Shown: piece after piece, positions 57,066 through 64,000 of the stretch
Numbering within the stretch: the first letter of the stretch is position 1
How the letters are laid out: each line of letters begins with the position of its first letter
DNA from: Bacteroidales bacterium
GTDB taxonomy: Bacteria > Bacteroidota > Bacteroidia > Bacteroidales > UBA932
DNA length: 64,000 bases
Reading direction: 5' to 3'
NCBI GenBank assembly: GCA_017546125.1
Contig: JAFYXO010000013.1
Span: forward strand, 33,647 to 97,646
Position numbers and translations under genes: made by a program
The notes under the pieces: generated by a model
The model's input: only the letters and a program-made list of their open reading frames with translations
What the model was told of the DNA's origin: nothing
The model's database searches: none

Positions 57066-57073
57066 TAAATTTG
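57066..57073 (+). promoter_or_regulatory. candidate -7 box (TAaaTTTG) for valS
   Basis: TAnnTTTG lies 48 nt upstream of the ATG at 57121. Confidence 0.4.
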
Positions 57074-57120
57074 CAGATTGTAATAATAATTGGAAATATA
57101 TAACAGATTATAAATACTTT

Positions 57121-59769
57121 ATGGAATTACCTGTAAAATACAATCCGCTTGAGGTAGAAGACAAGTGGTATGCTTATTGGCTGGAAAACAAATATTTTCA
57201 CTCAGAACCGGATGAGAGAGAGCCTTATACTATCGTAATCCCACCACCAAACGTTACCGGTGTGCTCCACATGGGACATATGTTGAACAATACCATTCAG
57301 GATGTGTTGGTCCGCAGAGCCAGGATGAACGGTAAGAATGCTTGCTGGGTGCCGGGTACTGACCACGCATCTATTGCGACTGAGGCGAAAGTGGTAGCCA
57401 AGCTTAAAGAGCAGGGGATAGAGAAATCTTCACTTACCCGTGAGGAGTTCCTCAAACATGCATGGGAGTGGAAAGAGAAACATGGCGGCATCATCTTGGA
57501 GCAGCTTAAGAAACTTGGAGCTTCCTGTGATTGGGACAGAACCAAATTTACTATGGATGAGCCACTAAGTGAGGCTGTTATAAATACATTTGTATACTTC
57601 TACAAGAAGGGTTACATCTATCGTGGTGTGAGAATGGTCAACTGGGATCCACAATCCCTTACAGCTGTGAGTGATGAAGAGGTAATCCGTAAAGAGACCC
57701 AGTCCAAACTTTACTATTTGAGATATTTCATCTCAGAGGATGGCAAACCTTCTGACAAATACATAGTTATCGCTACCACTCGTCCTGAGACTATCATGGC
57801 CGATGCTGCTGTATGTATCAACCCTGAAGATGAGAGATATCACTACCTTAAAGGTAAAAAAGTGTTCGTTCCACTTATCAACAAAGAGATCCCTATCATC
57901 GAAGACAGCTACGTGACTATGGACTTCGGTACAGGATGTTTGAAAGTGACCCCTGCACACGATATCAATGACTATGAGTTGGGTATCAAACACAAACTTC
58001 CTGTGATTGACATTATCGACGAGCACGGATGCTTGAACGAGAAGGCCCAAATCCTGGTAGGTGAGGATAGGTTTGTGGCACGTAAGAAGATTACCAAGAT
58101 GCTTGATGAGGCCGGTCACCTGGAGAAAGAGGAGAACTACTTGTCACAAGTGGGTTACTCAGAGAGGACAAATGCGGTTATTGAACCAAGACTATCTCTC
58201 CAATGGTTCTTGAAGATGGAAGATCTTGCAAAAGATGCGCTTGCTAAAGTGGAGAATGGTGAGATCAAACTTATACCAGACAAATTCAGAAATACATATC
58301 GTCACTGGATGGAGAATGTACGTGACTGGTGTATCTCACGTCAACTTTGGTGGGGTCAGCAAATCCCTGCATACTACCTTCCAAACGGTGATTTCGTGGT
58401 AGAAGCTACAGCTGAAGAGGCATTGGCTGCTGCCCAAAAGATCGATCCTTCAGTGAAGATGGAGGATTTGAGAAGGGATGATGACGTACTTGATACATGG
58501 TTCTCTTCATGGTTGTGGCCTGTATCTGTATTTGATGCATCAAAACCTGGTCACCCTGATCAGACTCCAAACTCTGAGCTTGCATACTATTACCCTACAA
58601 ATGACCTTATCACTGCACCTGAGATCCTATTCTTCTGGGTGGCACGTATGATTATGGCCGGCAATGAGTTCTGTCAGGATGTACCTTTCAGAAATGTATA
58701 TTTGACCGGTATTGTAAGGGATAAGCTTGGCAGAAAGATGTCAAAATCTCTTGGTAACTCTCCAGACCCTATCAAACTTATGGAGCAATATGGTGCAGAC
58801 GGTGTACGTTTGGGTATGCTTCTATGCAGCTCTGCAGGTAACGATATCCTCTTCGATGAGTCACAGGTGGAGCAAGGACGTAACTTCTGTAACAAGATCT
58901 GGAACGCTTACCGTCTGATCAGAGGATGGGAGGTGAGCGCTGATGCGCCTCAAAGCGAGCACTCCAAACTTGCTGCAGAGTGGTTTGAGAACAAACTTTC
59001 ACAAACCATCGAGACTGTGGATGATATGTTCACCAAGTTCAGATTGTCAGATGCTTTGATGACCCTTTACAAATTCTTCTGGGATGACTTCTGTGCATGG
59101 TATCTTGAGGTAATCAAGCCTGAATACGGCAAACCTATCGATAAGGTGACTTATGATGCCACTATCGTATTCTTCGAGAAGCTTCTGAGACTTCTTCACC
59201 CTATCATGCCTTTCATTACTGAAGAGCTATGGCAAAATATCGAGGAGAGAAAAGAGGGTGAGACCATTATGCTTCAGCCTATGCCTAAGGCAGGTGAGTA
59301 CAGTGCTGAGACTATCCACGCTTTTGAACAGGGTGTGGGTGCTATTGCTTCTATCAGAAATATCCGCCAGTCAAAAGGTCTTTCACCAAAAGAGGCTCTT
59401 ACCCTTCAAATTAAAGGTGCATTCCCTGAGAAGATCGTCTCAGTAGTGAAGAGAATGGCAAACCTTTCTGAGGTAAGCATCGTCGAAAATATCGACAACA
59501 GTGCTAATGGAGCAGCATTTATGGTGGACACTATCGAGTTCTTCGTACCATTGACCGGTATGGTGAATGCAGAGGAGGAGATCGCTAAAATGGAGGCTGA
59601 AATCGCCCACTTGACCAAGTTCTTGAAGGGTGTGGAGGCAAAACTTTCAAATGAGAGATTTGTTCAGAATGCACCAGAGGCTGTAGTGGCTATGGAGAGG
59701 AAGAAACAGAGCGATGCTACCACCAAAATTGAAAACTTGAAGAACAGTATAGCTAATCTTAAAAAATAG
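57121..59769 (+). CDS. valS: valine--tRNA ligase
   Basis: [20 protein letters not shown] start, HIGH-type [18 protein letters not shown], and a C-terminal coiled-coil. The track start at 56827 is an upstream extension over the divergent gene. Confidence 0.95.
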   Translation: MELPVKYNPLEVEDKWYAYWLENKYFHSEPDEREPYTIVIPPPNVTGVLHMGHMLNNTIQDVLVRRARMNGKNACWVPGTDHASIATEAKVVAKLKEQGIEKSSLTREEFLKHAWEWKEKHGGIILEQLKKLGASCDWDRTKFTMDEPLSEAVINTFVYFYKKGYIYRGVRMVNWDPQSLTAVSDEEVIRKETQSKLYYLRYFISEDGKPSDKYIVIATTRPETIMADAAVCINPEDERYHYLKGKKVFVPLINKEIPIIEDSYVTMDFGTGCLKVTPAHDINDYELGIKHKLPVIDIIDEHGCLNEKAQILVGEDRFVARKKITKMLDEAGHLEKEENYLSQVGYSERTNAVIEPRLSLQWFLKMEDLAKDALAKVENGEIKLIPDKFRNTYRHWMENVRDWCISRQLWWGQQIPAYYLPNGDFVVEATAEEALAAAQKIDPSVKMEDLRRDDDVLDTWFSSWLWPVSVFDASKPGHPDQTPNSELAYYYPTNDLITAPEILFFWVARMIMAGNEFCQDVPFRNVYLTGIVRDKLGRKMSKSLGNSPDPIKLMEQYGADGVRLGMLLCSSAGNDILFDESQVEQGRNFCNKIWNAYRLIRGWEVSADAPQSEHSKLAAEWFENKLSQTIETVDDMFTKFRLSDALMTLYKFFWDDFCAWYLEVIKPEYGKPIDKVTYDATIVFFEKLLRLLHPIMPFITEELWQNIEERKEGETIMLQPMPKAGEYSAETIHAFEQGVGAIASIRNIRQSKGLSPKEALTLQIKGAFPEKIVSVVKRMANLSEVSIVENIDNSANGAAFMVDTIEFFVPLTGMVNAEEEIAKMEAEIAHLTKFLKGVEAKLSNERFVQNAPEAVVAMERKKQSDATTKIENLKNSIANLKK

Positions 59770-59771
59770 AG

Positions 59772-60194
59772 ATGTTGTACCAGTCTGAGATGGAATTGGA
59801 GGTCCGTTATTACGAGACCGATCAGATGGGGATAGTCCATCACTCCAACTATATCCGCTATTTCGAGTGTGGTAGGGGGAAGATGATGGATGATCTCGGT
59901 CTCCCTGTATCCAAGTTCGAGGAGTTCGGATTTGTGATGCCGGTGAGTTCTGTCTCCTGCAAATATAAGACCCCTGCGAAGCTCGGAGACAAGTTGAGAA
60001 TTGTCTCCAGAGTGGAGAAGGAGCCTATGGCCAAGGTGGAAGTTTCTACCCGGATCTTCAATCAGAATGGGGATCTGGTGTGTGAAGGTGAGGTGGTGCT
60101 CGGGTTTTTGAACAAAGATACCCGCCGCCCTATCAGAGCGCCTCAAGAATTTGTAGATGCTTTCAAAAAAGCCGTTGTAAACGATTGTAAATAA
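59772..60194 (+). CDS. acyl-CoA thioesterase (YbgC/4HBT hotdog family)
   Basis: VRYYETDQMGIVHHSNYIRYFE catalytic-Asp N-terminal motif. Confidence 0.85.
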   Translation: MLYQSEMELEVRYYETDQMGIVHHSNYIRYFECGRGKMMDDLGLPVSKFEEFGFVMPVSSVSCKYKTPAKLGDKLRIVSRVEKEPMAKVEVSTRIFNQNGDLVCEGEVVLGFLNKDTRRPIRAPQEFVDAFKKAVVNDCK

Positions 60195-60218
60195 ATTAAT
60201 TTAACTAAATTGTTATAT

Positions 60219-60443
60219 ATGTTAACATTATTGTTTCTAGGGTCAATCGGAATGACTGAAATTATCGTTATCGCACTTATCGTACTACTTTTCTTCGGTG
60301 GTAAGAAGATTCCTGAGCTTATGAAAGGTATCGGTAAAGGTGTGAAAAGTTTCAAGGATGGGATGAAGGATGTGCAGGATGAACTTGATCTTGATAAGGA
60401 GACCAAAGAGATTAACGATTCCCTAAACTCAGACAAGAAGTAG
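60219..60443 (+). CDS. tatA: twin-arginine translocase TatA/E-family subunit
   Basis: TM helix followed by [21 protein letters not shown], the canonical hinge/amphipathic helix. Confidence 0.88.
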   Translation: MLTLLFLGSIGMTEIIVIALIVLLFFGGKKIPELMKGIGKGVKSFKDGMKDVQDELDLDKETKEINDSLNSDKK

Positions 60444-60447
60444 AGTA

Positions 60448-61236
60448 GTGGCTCAAGAGATGACATTTTGGGAGCACTTGGACGAGCTGCGGAAAGTTAT
60501 TTTCCGTGGGCTCGGTCTTATATTGCTCTTTATGGTGGTAATCTTTATCGGGAAGGACTACGTCTTCAATGATGTGATTCTTGCCCCTATTGGGGACGAT
60601 TTTGCATTGTACCGCTGGTTCAATGCATTATTTGCACTTATTGGGCTGAGCCCATTGGATGAATTCTCGCTTGAGCTGATCAATATCGATCTTGCAGCGC
60701 AGTTCTTTATCCATATAAAGGTCTCTTTCTACCTCGCCTTTGTGGTAGCATTCCCCTTTATTATTTATCTCATTTGGGGATTTATAAGCCCAGCCCTCTA
60801 TTCCAATGAGAAGGGGGTAATCAAGAGTGCGTTCGGATTTGCATCTATCCTTTTCTATACAGGTGTGGCAGTGGGGTACTTTTTCGTATTTCCATTGACC
60901 CTAAGGTTTCTGGGAACATATCAGGTGAGCCCTGATGTCCCTAACCAGATCTCCCTTTCATCCTATATTGCGATGTTTATCAGGCTGATTCTGGTGATGG
61001 GAATTGTGTTCGAGATGCCTGCATTGGCCGCTATCCTCTCGAGACTGGGTGTGATCCACAAGGGTCTGCTCCGCAAGTACAGGAAGCATGCAGTGGTGGT
61101 GCTGATGGTTCTGGCTGCAGTAATTACCCCATCGGGTGACGCCTTTACACTCTTTATGGTGGCGCTGCCGCTCTATATGCTGTATGAAATGTCGATATTG
61201 ATGTGTAAAGAAAAAGTGGAGGAGGCAGAAGAATGA
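60448..61236 (+). CDS. tatC: twin-arginine translocase subunit TatC
   Basis: FWEHLDELRK N-terminus and six TM segments. The start may be the ATG at 60460. Confidence 0.9.
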   Translation: MAQEMTFWEHLDELRKVIFRGLGLILLFMVVIFIGKDYVFNDVILAPIGDDFALYRWFNALFALIGLSPLDEFSLELINIDLAAQFFIHIKVSFYLAFVVAFPFIIYLIWGFISPALYSNEKGVIKSAFGFASILFYTGVAVGYFFVFPLTLRFLGTYQVSPDVPNQISLSSYIAMFIRLILVMGIVFEMPALAAILSRLGVIHKGLLRKYRKHAVVVLMVLAAVITPSGDAFTLFMVALPLYMLYEMSILMCKEKVEEAEE

Positions 61237-63176
61237 TTTCAATCAACGATTTGACCGTCTCGTTCGGCGGTTTTACCCTTCTTGATAGTATCAATTTCCA
61301 TATCAGCGATGGTGAACATATTGCCCTTGTAGGTAAAAATGGGGCAGGTAAATCGACCATCCTTAAGCTGATAATGGGGGTGGAGTCCCCTACGGAAGGG
61401 AGAATTCTCAAGCCGCAGGATATCACTATCGGATACCTTCCGCAGATAATGGAGTATTCGAAGGATAGAAGTGTGATAGATGAGGCGATGACTGCATTTG
61501 CAGATATGTTTGCGATGCAGGACAGGATGGAACAGATAAATACTGAGCTCGCAACCCGTACAGACTATGAATCTGCTGGGTACCACAAACTTATTGAGGA
61601 GCTCAACGATATAAATGACAGGCTTGCGTTTGCCCAGTCGGATTCTCCGAGGCTGCAGGCCGAAAAGACCCTAATAGGTCTTGGATTCAAAAAAGAGGAG
61701 CTGGAAAGAAAGAGGGGTACATTCTCCCAAGGGTGGAATATGCGTGTGGAGCTGGCTAAAGTGCTTTTGAAAAGGCCAAAGGTGATAATGCTGGATGAGC
61801 CCACCAACCACCTCGATATCGAGTCTATCCAGTGGCTCGAAGATTATCTTACTTCTTATTCGGGGACACTGCTTCTGATCTCCCACGACAGGAGATTTCT
61901 GGATCGTGTGACAAATAGGACAGTGGAGATAATGCTCGGCAAAATTCACGATTATAAGGTATCCTACAGCAAGTTCAAAGAGCTTCGTGCGGAGAGGATG
62001 GCGCAGCAGAGGGCTGCCTACGAGAACCAGCAGAGGATGATCGAGAAGACTGAGGAGTTTATCGAGAAATTCAGATACAAACCAACCAAATCCAATCAGG
62101 TGCAGTCCAGAATAAAGCAGCTTGACAAGCTTGAGAGGATAGAGGTGGAGGTGGAGGACAACTCTGCACTTAGTGTCAAATTCCCCCCAGCACCACGTTC
62201 AGGTGATGTGGTACTTAAGGTGAGGGAGATGGCGGCAGGTTATGACAATGGCCGCAAAGTGGTCTTCAAAGATGCTGATATGACCATCATGAGGGGTGAA
62301 AAGGTGGCTTTTGTGGGGCGTAACGGTGAGGGAAAATCTACTATGATGAAGATACTTACCTCAGAACTTTACCCATTGGAGGGTGAAGCTGCTTTAGGAT
62401 ACAATGTCTCTATGGGTTATTATGCCCAGAATCAGGAGGATATTCTCGATAAGAACGACACTGTATTTGATACATTGGATAAGGTCGCTGTGGGTGATAT
62501 CAGATTCAAACTCAGGGATATCCTTGGAGCATTCCTGTTCAGGGGTGAAGATATAGAGAAGAAGGTGGCTGTTTTGAGCGGTGGTGAAAGATCGCGTCTG
62601 GCTATGGCCAAACTTATCCTCAAACCGTACAATCTGCTCGCACTCGACGAGCCTACAAACCATATGGATATCAGGTCAAAAGATATTTTGAAGCAGGCTC
62701 TTGTCAAGTATGATGGTACTTTGGTTATTGTATCCCACGATAGGGACTTCCTTGATGGTCTGGTAGATAAGGTGTATGAGTTCAGGGATGGAAAGATAAA
62801 GGAGCATCTGGGAGGAATCTCGGCATTCCTTGAGAGGAGGAAGATAGAGAATCTTTCGGAACTTGAAATTCAGTCAGTAGAAAGTAAAAAAGAGGTGGCT
62901 TCACCTAAGAAAGCGGCTCCTGCACCAGCTCCTGCAGAGGAGAAGGGTGCAAAACTCTCGTATGAGGAGCAGAAAGAGCTTCGACGCAAACAGAAACAGG
63001 TGGAGATCTGTGAAAAGAAGATCAGGACCCTCGAAGAGAAGATGAAAGAGATAGAGGGCAAACTCGCTGCTCCGGAGGCGGGGACAGATATAGACTCGCT
63101 CACCAGAGAGTATCTGGAGTTGAAGAGGGAGCTGGATATCAAGATGGAGGAGTGGTTAATGTTGTCAGAAAATTAA
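61233..63176 (+). CDS. ABC-F family ATPase (two ABC domains, no TM domain, C-terminal coiled-coil)
   Basis: Walker A sites GKNGAGKST and GRNGEGKST. Signatures FSQGW/LSGGE. Inter-domain linker. K/E-rich tail. Confidence 0.9.
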   Translation: MISINDLTVSFGGFTLLDSINFHISDGEHIALVGKNGAGKSTILKLIMGVESPTEGRILKPQDITIGYLPQIMEYSKDRSVIDEAMTAFADMFAMQDRMEQINTELATRTDYESAGYHKLIEELNDINDRLAFAQSDSPRLQAEKTLIGLGFKKEELERKRGTFSQGWNMRVELAKVLLKRPKVIMLDEPTNHLDIESIQWLEDYLTSYSGTLLLISHDRRFLDRVTNRTVEIMLGKIHDYKVSYSKFKELRAERMAQQRAAYENQQRMIEKTEEFIEKFRYKPTKSNQVQSRIKQLDKLERIEVEVEDNSALSVKFPPAPRSGDVVLKVREMAAGYDNGRKVVFKDADMTIMRGEKVAFVGRNGEGKSTMMKILTSELYPLEGEAALGYNVSMGYYAQNQEDILDKNDTVFDTLDKVAVGDIRFKLRDILGAFLFRGEDIEKKVAVLSGGERSRLAMAKLILKPYNLLALDEPTNHMDIRSKDILKQALVKYDGTLVIVSHDRDFLDGLVDKVYEFRDGKIKEHLGGISAFLERRKIENLSELEIQSVESKKEVASPKKAAPAPAPAEEKGAKLSYEEQKELRRKQKQVEICEKKIRTLEEKMKEIEGKLAAPEAGTDIDSLTREYLELKRELDIKMEEWLMLSEN

Positions 63177-63188
63177 TTGGAAATAGAT

Positions 63189-63935
63189 ATGGAAGAAAAA
63201 TTGAATTACCTATTTGGGATGCACCCTGTAATGGAGGCTGTGCGTGCCGGGAAGAATATCGATAAGGTGATGCTGAAGCAGGGGCTTGATTCTCCCCAAT
63301 TCAGGGATCTTATGGAGCTTTTGAAAGAGAAAGGGATTCAGGCACAATTCGTGCCGGCAGAGCGTCTCAATAAAATATGCAAGGGTAATCACCAGGGCGT
63401 AATTGCTTTATTTTCAAAGATTGACTATACTCCATTTGAAGAGATGGTTGACCTGGCTTTTATGCAGCATTCTGCCCCTGTTTTCGTTATGCTTGATGGT
63501 GTGAGCGATGTCCGCAACCTCGGAGCTATCGCCCGTACAGCAGAGTGTGCCGGTGCTTCAGGAATCATTGTTCCGGCTAAAGGTGGTGCTGCCATCACAT
63601 CAGAAGGTATCAAAGCATCTGCAGGTGCATTGCTCCGTATCAATGTGGCAAAGACCCAAAATCTCCGACTGCCTGCCATGTATCTTAAAGAGCAGGGATT
63701 TCAGATTGTGGGTGCTACCGAAAAGAGCGATAAGGATATTTACGGCGTAGATTTTACCAAGCCTACAGCTATTGTTATGGGTTCTGAAGGTAAAGGGATC
63801 TCAGATTCGATGCTTGCCCTATGTGACGATAAGGCCAAAATACCGATGGCAGGGGAGATCAGTTCTCTCAACGTCTCTGTAGCCACTGCGGTGTGTCTTT
63901 ATGAGGCGGTCCGCCAAAGGGGTGGTAAACTTTAG
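63189..63935 (+). CDS. rlmB: 23S rRNA (guanosine-2'-O)-methyltransferase RlmB (SpoU/TrmH family)
   Basis: GMHPVMEAVRAG N-terminal substrate-binding domain. SPOUT motifs LDGVSDVRNLGAIARTAE, GSEGKGIS and SLNVSVATAVCLYE. Confidence 0.88.
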   Translation: MEEKLNYLFGMHPVMEAVRAGKNIDKVMLKQGLDSPQFRDLMELLKEKGIQAQFVPAERLNKICKGNHQGVIALFSKIDYTPFEEMVDLAFMQHSAPVFVMLDGVSDVRNLGAIARTAECAGASGIIVPAKGGAAITSEGIKASAGALLRINVAKTQNLRLPAMYLKEQGFQIVGATEKSDKDIYGVDFTKPTAIVMGSEGKGISDSMLALCDDKAKIPMAGEISSLNVSVATAVCLYEAVRQRGGKL

Positions 63936-63961
63936 GATATTTTTTGAGAATATTTAGAGAG

Positions 63962-63989
63962 AGGATGCAACAAACTTGCATCCTTTTTC
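63962..63989 (+). terminator. intrinsic terminator after rlmB
   Basis: 9-bp stem AGGATGCAA / TTGCATCCT with a 5-nt loop, followed by TTTTCGTT. Confidence 0.7.
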
Positions 63990-64000
63990 GTTATATTTAT

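Noticed and set aside
56827-57120. 98-codon upstream extension of valS in the ORF track
   Set aside because: It overlaps the divergent DUF3467 gene and both predicted -7 boxes. The canonical ValRS N-terminus ([17 protein letters not shown]) begins at the ATG at 57121.
1-64000. Search by eye for CRISPR arrays, tRNA/rRNA genes, transposases, integrases and restriction-modification, toxin-antitoxin or other defence genes
   Set aside because: I found no regularly spaced repeats, no tRNA-like T-arm/acceptor signatures in the intergenic gaps, and no ORF with recombinase, transposase or nuclease-defence motifs. Absence by manual inspection is not proof. tRNAscan, Infernal and a defence-system finder should confirm it.

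Overview
This window looks like a chromosomal segment of a Bacteroidales (Bacteroidota) genome. The evidence is a Bacteroidota-type RpoD starting [15 protein letters not shown], TAnnTTTG -7 boxes upstream of many genes, DUF3244/DUF4249/DUF3467-type proteins, and TonB-receptor biology. About 85% of it is ordinary housekeeping sequence, with a G+C of roughly mid-to-upper 40s % by my spot counts. Core genes include dnaN plus a DnaQ-like exonuclease, htrA, rpoD, dcp, argS, tex, pyrC, zapA, rny, pckA, valS, tatAC, an ABC-F ATPase and rlmB. There is also a recQ-family helicase and maf-kdsC. An ADP-forming acyl-CoA synthetase sits with a four-subunit 2-oxoacid:ferredoxin oxidoreductase operon. A separate operon reads mtaD-PNP-mtnA-HAD-MBL. 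I saw no rRNA, tRNA, CRISPR array, transposase, integrase or recognisable defence genes.

Five places do not look ordinary:
1. A low-GC (~30%) five-gene island lies at ~32.17-39.36 kb. It carries a DUF3244-like protein and a lipoprotein-signal/TPR/TM/HTH regulator. Divergent from these is an operon of an unknown lipoprotein, a TonB-dependent receptor and a DUF4249 lipoprotein. It has no SusD, ECF-sigma or HTCS components. This is my best candidate for an undescribed system.
2. A ~190-nt rod-shaped structured RNA directly follows zapA and has 6S RNA (ssrS) architecture.
3. A ~900-bp ORF-poor gap (30.25-31.17 kb) holds a ~420-bp highly structured element bracketed by 23-bp direct repeats.
4. Repeat motifs, a strong terminator and paired 30-bp repeats lie between rny and a sialate O-acetylesterase gene.
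5. A 52-codon membrane-peptide ORF, below the ORF track's size cut-off, is wedged between the acyl-CoA synthetase and korD-like genes.

Several ORF-track starts are over-extended. I re-placed them using the promoter boxes and neighbouring genes. All family assignments rest on motifs I recognise by eye; no searches were run.
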